Below the pieces are notes generated by a model. It was not told the DNA's origin and ran no database searches. It saw only the letters and a program-made list of their open reading frames with translations. Shown here in pieces: positions 55,883-64,000 of a stretch of DNA of 64,000 bases. The DNA is from Desulfobacterales bacterium. Its GTDB lineage: Bacteria > Desulfobacterota > Desulfobacteria > Desulfobacterales > UBA2174. The stretch spans positions 416,001-480,000 of the forward strand of contig CAXXWC010000021.1 of NCBI GenBank assembly GCA_963668645.2, given 5' to 3'. The first letter of the stretch is position 1, and each line of letters begins with the position of its first letter. Made by a program: the position numbers and the translations under genes.

Positions 55883-57082
55883 ATGCTCAACGATCGCCAA
55901 TGCCAACGCTACGCCGAAGTGATGCTCTGGGCCCTGCAAACGGCCCGCCGGGGCCGCTTTCGCCGGGGCAACATCGTGGCCCTGCGCTTCGGCCTGCCCG
56001 CCCTGCCCCTGGCCGAAAGGATTTTCGAGGGGTTGATCGAAAAAGGCCTCAATCCGGTGCTGCGGCCTCTGCCCAGTGCCCACATGGAACGGGCTTTCTA
56101 CCAGCGGGCCAACCGGCGCCAGCTCGTCTTCATCCCGCCCGGTGAAGAAACGCTCTACCGGCACCTTAACGGCAGCATCTTCATCCACGCCCCGGAGTCC
56201 TTGACCCATTTGCAGGGTGTGGCCCCCGAGCGGATCGGGCGCACCAGCCTGTCGCGCAAACCGCTCAAGGACATCCTGGACCGGCGCGACGAGGCCGGCG
56301 ACTTCGGCTGGACCCTTTGCGCCTGGCCCACCGCCGAGGCCGCAGCCAAGGCCGGCCTGGATCTGGAAGCCTACGCCCGGCAGATCGTAAGGGCCTGTTT
56401 TCTCGACCGGGCCGATCCGGTGGGCCGGTGGCGCGAGATCCTGCGCCAGGCCGCCGCAGTCAAGCGATGGCTGGACGCTTTGCCCGTGCGCAGCTTGCAC
56501 GTGACCTCGGCCCACTGCGACCTGGAAATCGTTCCGGGGGCCCAGCGGCGCTGGTTGGGGCTGAGCGGCCACAATATTCCGAGCTTTGAAATTTTCATCT
56601 CGCCGGACTGTCGCGGCACCCGAGGCCGTTACTATGCCGATCAACCCTCTTTCCGCAGTGGCAACCGCGTTGCCGGCGTGCACCTGCGCTTCGAGCGCGG
56701 CCGGGCCGTCGAGGCCGGGGCCGAACAGGGGGAGGCTTTTCTCGCACAACAGATGGCCACGGATCCCGGAGCCTGCCGCCTGGGGGAGTTCTCCCTGACC
56801 GATCGGCGCTTTTCAAAGATCGACCGCTTTATGGCCAGCACCCTTTTCGACGAAAACTTCGGCGGCCGCCAGGGCAATTGCCACGTGGCCCTGGGCTCGG
56901 CCTACACGGACAGCTTTGCCGGTGATCCGGCCGAACTGACCGGAGCCCGGCGCCGGGCCCTGGGCTTCAACGATTCGGCCATCCACTGGGATCTGGTCAA
57001 CACCGAGGCCAAAGAGGTCGAAGCCCGCCTGAGCACCGGCCGGACCGTGGTCATTTACCGCAACGGAGAGTTTCAGTGTTGA
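55883..57082 (+). CDS. Aminopeptidase (peptidase M29, AmpS/PepS-like)
   Basis: NIPSFEIFISP, LGEFSL, LFDENFGG, HVALG, SAIHWDLV. Confidence 0.9.
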   Translation: MLNDRQCQRYAEVMLWALQTARRGRFRRGNIVALRFGLPALPLAERIFEGLIEKGLNPVLRPLPSAHMERAFYQRANRRQLVFIPPGEETLYRHLNGSIFIHAPESLTHLQGVAPERIGRTSLSRKPLKDILDRRDEAGDFGWTLCAWPTAEAAAKAGLDLEAYARQIVRACFLDRADPVGRWREILRQAAAVKRWLDALPVRSLHVTSAHCDLEIVPGAQRRWLGLSGHNIPSFEIFISPDCRGTRGRYYADQPSFRSGNRVAGVHLRFERGRAVEAGAEQGEAFLAQQMATDPGACRLGEFSLTDRRFSKIDRFMASTLFDENFGGRQGNCHVALGSAYTDSFAGDPAELTGARRRALGFNDSAIHWDLVNTEAKEVEARLSTGRTVVIYRNGEFQC

Positions 57083-57085
57083 TTT

Positions 57086-57580
57086 TCAGGCTTTGCCGAT
57101 GTCTTCGGGCGAGAGGTTGGACAGATACTCGGCCCATTTTTTCCCCTCTTCGGTCTGGTCCAGGACTTCGGCCTCTGACTGATCGCGCTGGGATTTTTCG
57201 ATGACCTGATCGTCCACGTAGATGGGTGCCTCAAAACGCAGGGCCATGGCGATGGCATCGCTGGGCCGCGCATCCATGACGAATTCGCCGGCGTTTTCCC
57301 CGGCAAAATGGATCCGGGCGTAATAGGTGTTGTCCCGGATGTCGCAGACCTCGACGCGCCTGACGGCGATCCCCACCTGTTTGAGAAAATTCTTGAAAAG
57401 ATCATGGGTCATGGGCCGTTCGAAGGCCACATCCTTGAGCACCGAGGCGATGGAGGTCGCTTCGAGCAGTCCGATCCAGATGGGGACCACGTGTTCCTCG
57501 GTCTCGGTTTTGAGGATAATGATGGGGGTGTTGGACGCTGGATCCATGGCCATTCCGGCGATGATCACTTTATGCAGCAT
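57086..57580 (-). CDS. Bifunctional nuclease family protein (DUF151)
   Basis: PIWIGLLEATSI, RPMTHDL, DARPSDAIAMA. Confidence 0.92.
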   Translation of the reverse strand: MLHKVIIAGMAMDPASNTPIIILKTETEEHVVPIWIGLLEATSIASVLKDVAFERPMTHDLFKNFLKQVGIAVRRVEVCDIRDNTYYARIHFAGENAGEFVMDARPSDAIAMALRFEAPIYVDDQVIEKSQRDQSEAEVLDQTEEGKKWAEYLSNLSPEDIGKA

Positions 57581-58973
57581 GGCAGGCCTCTAAGGGTGCG
57601 GCAGCCGGCCCCAGGCAGGTGCCGCGCAGGCTGTGGGCAAAGGCTTCCTCGATCCGCACCGGCCAAAGTGCGCCCAGGCACCCATCGATGGGCCCGACAT
57701 CCGGCGGAGCGGTGAAATTGACGATCTTGTTGCCCGGGGTACGCCCCATCCACTGAACCGCATCGCCCGGCCCCGCTGCGGCGCTATCGGCGCGTTTGCT
57801 GCCGCCTTCCACCAGGACCTCCTGGACACTGCCCACCAGGGCTTGTTGCAGCGAAAGACCGATTTGTGCCTGGCGATCGAGAAGGGTCGCAAGGCGCCGG
57901 CGCTGCACCGGGGCCGGCACCTTGCCGGGAAACCGGACGGCCGGGGCCGGGGGCCGGTCGGAGTACTTGAAGGCGAACAACCCGTCGTAGCGCACCGTTT
58001 CCACCAGGTCGAGGGTCTGGGCGAAATCGTCCTCGGTTTCGCCGGGAAAGCCGACGATGATATCCGAGGTCAAAGCGATTCCCGGGCGGGCCTCCCGCAG
58101 CCGCGCCACCCGATCGAGATAGGTCTGCCGATCGTAGCGCCGGTTCATGCGCTTGAGGATCCGGTCACTGCCCGACTGCACCGGCAGATGGATGTGGGGA
58201 CAAAGGGTCTCGATCCTGGCAAAGGCCCGGATCAGGTCGTCCGAAAGGTCCTTGGGGTGGGAGGTGGTGAACCGCAGGCGCGCCAGCCCCTTGACGGCGG
58301 CCACCTCGGCCAGCAGCTCGGCGAAAGTGCACCAGCCTTCCTTGATCCCGTAACTGTTCACGTTCTGGCCCAGCAGGGTCACCTCGCGAACCCCGGCCGC
58401 CACCAGATCCCGCACCTCGCCGACGATCTGCTCCGGCCGCCGGCTGACCTCGCGCCCGCGCACGTATGGCACCACACAGTAGGCGCAGTAGTTGTCGCAT
58501 CCTTGCATCACGGTGACAAAGCGGGTGACGCTGCCTTGGATCACGGCCCGGCCTGGCGCCTCGAACTCGATCAACCCCTCGACCATGGCCACATCCACCA
58601 CCGGGGCCCGGCCGGCTTCCATCTGCCGCACCAGATCGGGCAGCCGCCCGACGGCCTGGGTGCCGAAAACCAGATCCACATAGGGCGCCCGCCGCAGCAT
58701 ACGGGCCCCGGCCTGCTGGGCCACACAGCCGCCCACGGCGATGCGCAGTCCGGGCTTCTGGCGCTTGAGCCCGGCCAGACGGCCCAGCAGGCTGTAGACC
58801 TTCTGTTCCGCCTTTTCCCGGATGGCGCAGGTATTGACGATCACCAGATCGGCGCTTTCGGGCGAGTCTGTCGGCCGGTATCCTCGGGCCATCAAGCCGT
58901 TGGCCATCACGTCGGCGTCGTAGACATTCATCTGGCAGCCGATGGTCTGGATATGGAAAAGCTTTTCACTCAT
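57570..58973 (-). CDS. miaB: tRNA-2-methylthio-N6-dimethylallyladenosine synthase
   Basis: GCQMNVYD, NTCAIREKAEQK, CDNYCAYCVVP, RFTTSHP, C-terminal TRAM. Confidence 0.95.
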   Translation of the reverse strand: MSEKLFHIQTIGCQMNVYDADVMANGLMARGYRPTDSPESADLVIVNTCAIREKAEQKVYSLLGRLAGLKRQKPGLRIAVGGCVAQQAGARMLRRAPYVDLVFGTQAVGRLPDLVRQMEAGRAPVVDVAMVEGLIEFEAPGRAVIQGSVTRFVTVMQGCDNYCAYCVVPYVRGREVSRRPEQIVGEVRDLVAAGVREVTLLGQNVNSYGIKEGWCTFAELLAEVAAVKGLARLRFTTSHPKDLSDDLIRAFARIETLCPHIHLPVQSGSDRILKRMNRRYDRQTYLDRVARLREARPGIALTSDIIVGFPGETEDDFAQTLDLVETVRYDGLFAFKYSDRPPAPAVRFPGKVPAPVQRRRLATLLDRQAQIGLSLQQALVGSVQEVLVEGGSKRADSAAAGPGDAVQWMGRTPGNKIVNFTAPPDVGPIDGCLGALWPVRIEEAFAHSLRGTCLGPAAAPLEACHAA

Positions 58974-59214
58974 CAAATCTATTTTCTTTCGTGTCAGGCA
59001 GCGATGTCAAGGGGACCATCATGATCTGGGTACTCAGATCAGCAACCAGGGAATCGATCAAAGGCAGGCACCCGGGGGCGATGAAAAGCCGCACGATGCC
59101 TTGGGCAGGATCTACGGTAGTCAGGCCGGCGGCACCGTCGTAAGCCTCGATGATAAAGCGCAGGAAGGCGATCTGGCGCCGGTCGACACGGTAATGGCGA
59201 ACAATGGTCTTCAT
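58966..59214 (-). CDS. DUF4911-like small protein
   Basis: YRVDRRQIAFLRFIIEAYDG...TTVD; directly upstream of miaB. Confidence 0.75.
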   Translation of the reverse strand: MKTIVRHYRVDRRQIAFLRFIIEAYDGAAGLTTVDPAQGIVRLFIAPGCLPLIDSLVADLSTQIMMVPLTSLPDTKENRFDE

Positions 59215-59396
59215 CCATATGGGTTGTGGCCGCGGGCGCCGAAATCCGGCCCGTCGGGCACCGAGGCCTTCATAGCGTAACGCATTCGGCTTTTGCAATG
59301 GAAAATCGGTGTTTGGATGCAATTCGAGCCGCAGCCGATCGCTGCGGGACCAATCGGTCTTTGCTTTTAGCCGCACCTGTTGCTATAGGCATCGAC

Positions 59397-61109
59397 ATGC
59401 AACCTCGCTGGCATCTTGAGCGCCCGGAACCGGGCGCCGTCGAAAGTCTGTGCAAAAAACTCGGTCTGCCCTCCCCGGTGGCCGCCGTGCTGGTCAACCG
59501 CGGAATCGTCGCGCCGGCTGACGCCTTTTCCTTTTTGCAGCCCGAACTGGCCCATCTTCCCCCGCCCGGTAAGCTCGACGGGCTCGATCAGGCCGCCGCC
59601 AGGGTGGGAGAGGCCGTGTGCCGGGGAGAAAAGATCCTCGTTTTTGCCGACTACGACGTCGACGGCGTCACCTCCGCCGCACTCTTGCGCGAGTTTCTCG
59701 CTCAGACCGGAGCCCAGGTCCAGGTCTATATTCCCGATCGCTTCCACGATGGCTACGGGCTTCAACCGCGCCACGTCACAGAGGTGGCGGCCCGCGACGG
59801 CTGCCGCCTGATCCTGACGGCGGACTGCGGGGCCACCAGCCATGCGGCCGTGCGGGCCGCGGCGGACCTGGGCATCGACGTGGTAGTCACCGATCATCAC
59901 CAGCCCTCTGACGAGCCGCTGGCGGCCGCGGCCCAGGTCAACCCCTGCCGGGACGCCCCCGGCTCCCCGCTGGCACCGCTTGCCGGGGTGGGGGTGGCCT
60001 TCTACCTGACCATCGGGCTGCGCGCCTACCTGCGCCGGATCGGATTCTGGGATCGGCATCCCGAACCCAACCTGCGCCGCCTGCTGGATCTGGTGGCCAT
60101 CGGCACGGTGGCCGACATGGTGCCCCTTACCGGCGTCAACCGGGTTCTGGTGCATGCCGGCCTGGAAGTGATGCGCAGCCAGCCGCGCCCCGGCATCGAG
60201 GCCCTGATGGCGGTGAGCGCCGTTTCGCTCGAACGGATCACCAGTACAGAGATCGCCTTTCGCCTGGCCCCGCGCCTCAACGCGGCCGGACGCCTGGCCC
60301 ACGCCGACCTGGCCCTGGACCTGCTTTGCGCCGTCGATGAGCAATCGGCCAAAGCCCTTGCCGCCCGTCTGGACGACTTGAACTTCGAGCGGCGCCACCT
60401 GGAAAGCCAGATCGTCGAAGAGGCCGCAGCCCGTTTGCAGGCCACTGCTGCCGACCGCCATGCCCTGGTGGTCGCCGGTTCCGATTGGCACCCCGGGGTG
60501 GTCGGGATCGTGGCCAGCCGGCTGGCGCGTCTTTTTCACCGCCCCTCAGTGGTCCTGAGCAACCGGGACGGTATGCTCAAAGGATCGGCCCGCAGCATCG
60601 CCGGCGTCAATATTTACCAGGCCCTTGAACATGCCGCATCCCACCTGACCGCTTTCGGCGGCCATCCCATGGCCGCGGGGCTCCAGTTGACGCCCGAAAA
60701 CCTCGAAGCCTTCACCCTGGAACTTGAACAAACCGTGGCGCGTCTGTTTCCGCCGTCGGTTTTTGTCCCCACCCTTTGTCTGGATGCCGAACTCGATCTT
60801 CACCAGGTCACACCCGCTTTCATGGACCATCTGGCCGCGCTGGAGCCTTTCGGCAGCGCCAACCCCGAACCGTTGTTCTGCACCAGCCGCGTTCAGGTCG
60901 CGGATCGGCGCCTCGTGGGGCAGCGCCACCTTAGCCTGACCTTGTGCCAGCAGGGGCCTGCGCCGGCCTCCCGCATCCAGGCCATCCACTTCAATGCCGA
61001 CCGGTCCGCACCCATCGGAGAAACGCTGGCACGGCTCGCTTTCCGGCCGCGCTGGAACCATTGGAACGGCCGGCGCAAGATCCAGTTGGTCATCGCTGAA
61101 ACGGCATGA
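59397..61109 (+). CDS. recJ: Single-stranded-DNA exonuclease RecJ
   Basis: DYDVDG, DCG, TDHH, GTVADMVPL, PRLNAAGRL, GSARS, GGHPMAAG. Confidence 0.96.
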   Translation: MQPRWHLERPEPGAVESLCKKLGLPSPVAAVLVNRGIVAPADAFSFLQPELAHLPPPGKLDGLDQAAARVGEAVCRGEKILVFADYDVDGVTSAALLREFLAQTGAQVQVYIPDRFHDGYGLQPRHVTEVAARDGCRLILTADCGATSHAAVRAAADLGIDVVVTDHHQPSDEPLAAAAQVNPCRDAPGSPLAPLAGVGVAFYLTIGLRAYLRRIGFWDRHPEPNLRRLLDLVAIGTVADMVPLTGVNRVLVHAGLEVMRSQPRPGIEALMAVSAVSLERITSTEIAFRLAPRLNAAGRLAHADLALDLLCAVDEQSAKALAARLDDLNFERRHLESQIVEEAAARLQATAADRHALVVAGSDWHPGVVGIVASRLARLFHRPSVVLSNRDGMLKGSARSIAGVNIYQALEHAASHLTAFGGHPMAAGLQLTPENLEAFTLELEQTVARLFPPSVFVPTLCLDAELDLHQVTPAFMDHLAALEPFGSANPEPLFCTSRVQVADRRLVGQRHLSLTLCQQGPAPASRIQAIHFNADRSAPIGETLARLAFRPRWNHWNGRRKIQLVIAETA

Positions 61110-61202
61110 TTTTTCCTTGCAATCGCCCCCCCCGCACATTATGATGCGCACAAAAAATCCGCTCGTCCAACGTCGTTAAGAGCGTGTGAAAGGTAAATCT
61201 TC

Positions 61203-61622
61203 ATGGCTAAAGTATTTCGCCCCAGCACTCGAGAGAGCTCGATTCTATCGCGCATCGAATCTTCCAAGGAGTATGCCCGCCGCAAGGCGCTGGGCGGAAT
61301 CCGGGACTGCGCCGAAGCGTTGGCCAACTCCGTCTCCATGAAGCTGGTGGAAAGCCAGCTGGTTGAAACCACCAACAAGAACGAACTGGAATCCCAACTT
61401 CTGTCGGCCCTGGAAAACTTGAGCCGGGCCGACGACTTCGATATCGACTACCTTTGCGCGCCTTTCCGCCAGGTGGTGACCAACCCCCACGTGGTCAGCC
61501 TCTATCTGACAGCCTTTCTGATTGAAAAAATGATCAACCACAAGTGCGTGGTGGATATTTTCGGTTCGGACGAAGAGATTTATCACTGCATCAACAAGCA
61601 GGTTGCCAAGCACCTTTCCTGA
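61203..61622 (+). CDS. Hypothetical protein
   Basis: 139-aa ORF with its own upstream region; family not recognised. Confidence 0.7.
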   Translation: MAKVFRPSTRESSILSRIESSKEYARRKALGGIRDCAEALANSVSMKLVESQLVETTNKNELESQLLSALENLSRADDFDIDYLCAPFRQVVTNPHVVSLYLTAFLIEKMINHKCVVDIFGSDEEIYHCINKQVAKHLS

Positions 61623-61630
61623 TTCTACCC

Positions 61631-62644
61631 ATGCGCTGCGATTTCAGGCCTCGACTGGTCAATGGACCTTTCGAGGATCCGGTTTTGTACGTGGCCTTCG
61701 TCTACCGGCGCCGTGCCCTGCTCTTCGATGTGGGCGAAATCCAGGCCCTGGTCCCCCGCGACCTGCTCAAAGTCTCCCATATTTTCGTCAGCCATACCCA
61801 CATGGACCATTTTTGCGGCTTGGACCGTCTGCTGCGGGTCTGCCTGGGGCGCACCATGAACCTGCGACTCTTCGGACCCGCGGGATTCATCGCCAACCTG
61901 GCCGGCAAGCTGGCCGGGTATGCGTGGGACCTGGTGGACAATTACGACCAGGCATTGCATCTGACGGCGGTGGAAGTCTTGCCCGGCAGCCGCCGCACCC
62001 AGGTCTTTGACTGCCGGCAGCGCTTCGCCCCCACCGGCCCGGCCCGCGAGGAACCCTGGGACGGCATGCTGGTCGAGGAGCAGGCCTTTGACGTGCAGGC
62101 CGCCGTCCTGGAACACAGCGGCCCCTGCCTGGCCTTTTGCTTGAGCGAACATTTTCACATCAATGTGCTGACCAGCGCCCTGCAGGAACTCGGCCTGGCC
62201 GTCGGCCCCTGGATCGCCGGCCTCAAGGCGGCCCTTTATGCCGGGGCCCCGGCCGGCACCCCCATCACGGCCCTTACTCGCGACGGGAGCCAGGCACGAT
62301 TCGAGCTGGGGCCGCTGGCCGGGGCCATCACCCGCATCACCCCGGGCCAGAAGATCGCCTATGTCACGGATGCAGCCGGCACCCCGGCCAACGTGGAGGC
62401 CATCGTGGCCCTGGTCCGCCGGGCAAACGCCCTTTATATCGAAACCCCTTTTTTGGAGCAGGATGAGGTCCTGGCCCTTAGGCGGCGCCATCTCACCGCG
62501 GCCCAGGCCGGAATCATCGCCGGCCGGGCCGGGGTAGAGCGGCTGATTCCGATGCACTTTTCACCGCGTTACAGCCGCTGCGGGGACAAACTGGCCGAGG
62601 AGGCCTTGCGGGCCATGGCCGCCACCCCTGCCGATCCTGCATGA
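61631..62644 (+). CDS. RNase Z-like metallo-beta-lactamase fold protein
   Basis: NGPFEDP, SHTHMDHFCG, AYVTD, HLTAAQAG, MHFSPRY. Confidence 0.88.
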   Translation: MRCDFRPRLVNGPFEDPVLYVAFVYRRRALLFDVGEIQALVPRDLLKVSHIFVSHTHMDHFCGLDRLLRVCLGRTMNLRLFGPAGFIANLAGKLAGYAWDLVDNYDQALHLTAVEVLPGSRRTQVFDCRQRFAPTGPAREEPWDGMLVEEQAFDVQAAVLEHSGPCLAFCLSEHFHINVLTSALQELGLAVGPWIAGLKAALYAGAPAGTPITALTRDGSQARFELGPLAGAITRITPGQKIAYVTDAAGTPANVEAIVALVRRANALYIETPFLEQDEVLALRRRHLTAAQAGIIAGRAGVERLIPMHFSPRYSRCGDKLAEEALRAMAATPADPA

Positions 62645-62692
62645 TCCCTCTCCCCATCTATAGAACCGATGGGCCTTTTTAACGAGGATGCC

Positions 62693-64000
62693 ATGTCCGA
62701 CCCTTACCGTGACCGGATCGCCCGGGAACTGAACCTGACTTTACCCCAGATCGCGGCGGTGACCGAGCTTCTCGATCAGGGGGCCACCGTTCCGTTTATC
62801 GCCCGCTACCGCAAAGAGGCCACTGGCAGCCTGGATGAGGTGGCCATCACCGCCATCCGCGATCGGCGCCGCCAGCTGGACGAGCTGGACGCGCGGCGGG
62901 CCGCCGTTTTGAAATCCCTCGAGGAAAACGGACACCTGGACCAGGCCCTGGAGGCCCGGGTCCAGGCCGCCGACACCCTGGCCGAACTGGAAGACATCTA
63001 CCTGCCCTTTCGCCCCAAACGGCGCACCCGGGCCATCATGGCCCGGGAAAAAGGGCTCGATCCGCTGGCCGAAGTCCTGCTGGCCCAAACCGGCATCGAC
63101 CCAGAAAGCGCGGCCCGGCCCTTCGTGGATCCGGAAAAGGAGGTGCCCGATATTGAAACGGCCCTGGCCGGGGCCCGCGACATCATCGCCGAGACGGTCA
63201 ACGAAGACCCCACGGCCCGGGCCCGGCTGCGCGACTATTTCGCCGGCCAGGCCGTTTTCCGCACCACCGTGGCCGCCGGCCGGGAAGCGGACGGGATCAA
63301 GTTCAAGGATTATTTCGACTGGAGCGAACCGGCGGCCACGGCCCCGTCCCACCGGGTGCTGGCCATGCGCCGCGGTGAAAAGGAGGATATCCTCAACCTG
63401 CGCCTGATTCCCCCCGAAGAGGGGGCCCTGGCGATTCTGGAGTCGCTCTTCGTCAAGGGCGCCGGCCCGGATGCGGCCCAGGTCCGCCTGGCGGTCCAGG
63501 ACGGCTACCGCCGCTTGCTTGGCCGCGCCATGGAAACCGAGATGCGCCTGGCCACCAAGGACCGGGCCGACGCAGAGGCCATCCGGGTCTTTGCCGAAAA
63601 CCTGCGCCAGCTCCTGCTGGCCCCGCCCCTCGGCCCACGCCGGGTCATGGGGGTGGATCCGGGGTTTCGCACCGGGTGCAAGATCGTCTGCCTCGACCGG
63701 CAGGGAAAACTGCTCTGCCACGAAACGATCTTTCCCCACGGTTCGGCGTCCCAGCGCGAGGCCGCGGCCCACCGGGTGGCGGCCCTGGTCGGCAAGATGG
63801 GCGTGGAGGCCGTGGCGGTGGGCAACGGCACGGCCGGCCGGGAAACCGAGGCTTTTTTGCGCTCCCTGGATCTGGCGCCGCAGGTGGCGGTGACCATGGT
63901 CAACGAAAGCGGGGCCTCGATCTACAGCGCCTCGGAGGTGGCCCGGGAGGAATTTCCCGACCTGGATCTCACCGTGCGCGGGGCGGTTTCCATCGGCCGG
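62693..64000 (+). CDS. tex: Tex-family transcription accessory protein (runs off the window)
   Basis: Manual translation: GATVPFIARYRKEATGSLDEV, LEDIYLPFRPKRRTRA, GVDPGFRTGCK, GNGTAGRETE, VNESGASIYSAS. Confidence 0.95.
   Translation, partial: MSDPYRDRIARELNLTLPQIAAVTELLDQGATVPFIARYRKEATGSLDEVAITAIRDRRRQLDELDARRAAVLKSLEENGHLDQALEARVQAADTLAELEDIYLPFRPKRRTRAIMAREKGLDPLAEVLLAQTGIDPESAARPFVDPEKEVPDIETALAGARDIIAETVNEDPTARARLRDYFAGQAVFRTTVAAGREADGIKFKDYFDWSEPAATAPSHRVLAMRRGEKEDILNLRLIPPEEGALAILESLFVKGAGPDAAQVRLAVQDGYRRLLGRAMETEMRLATKDRADAEAIRVFAENLRQLLLAPPLGPRRVMGVDPGFRTGCKIVCLDRQGKLLCHETIFPHGSASQREAAAHRVAALVGKMGVEAVAVGNGTAGRETEAFLRSLDLAPQVAVTMVNESGASIYSASEVAREEFPDLDLTVRGAVSIGR

Noticed and set aside
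52294..59024. Long alternative ORFs 52294..54021 (-) and 57633..59024 (+)
   Set aside because: They overlap well-supported genes on the opposite strand and carry no family signatures
62741..63903. ORF-track calls in the last 1.3 kb
   Set aside because: The real gene is tex on the + strand from 62693, missed by the track because its stop lies outside the window
1..64000. CRISPR array, rRNA, retron/RT or selenocysteine read-through
   Set aside because: No regularly spaced repeats, rRNA-like sequence, RT motifs or TGA-interrupted redox genes were seen

Overview
High-GC bacterial chromosome segment; gene content (tungsten AOR, several sigma54 promoters, DUF4911-miaB-DUF151, PanP-like decarboxylase) suggests a sulfate-reducing Desulfobacterota (inference). 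1-6986 is the AT-rich end of an integrative element at tRNA-Leu(CAG), with an integrase, a second tyrosine recombinase, an ISAs1 insertion and defence-like cargo. 7.2-18 kb is housekeeping (ribF, def, fmt, rsmB, TerC, ogt, rlmI). 18.2-31.7 kb is a TetR-flanked catabolic and uptake cluster (BASS, ThDP lyase-like enzyme, SDR, YCF48/MMPL/DUF1302/DUF1329, AOR) with visible operator repeats. 31.8-48.7 kb is a sigma54 signalling locus (PLP decarboxylase, three Cache kinases, three response regulators, CBS proteins, TauE, MFS) that includes a single-chain GNAT acetyltransferase-deacetylase fusion. Next come a membrane-anchored EHD-like ATPase, an NMT1-type ABC operon ending in a gamma-PGA-hydrolase-GNAT fusion and PflX, and more housekeeping genes (aminopeptidase, miaB, recJ, RNase Z-like, tex). 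Best candidates for new biology: the GNAT-HDAC fusion locus, the bacterial EHD-like ATPase and the PGA hydrolase-GNAT fusion. All calls come from reading motifs by eye; no database searches were run.
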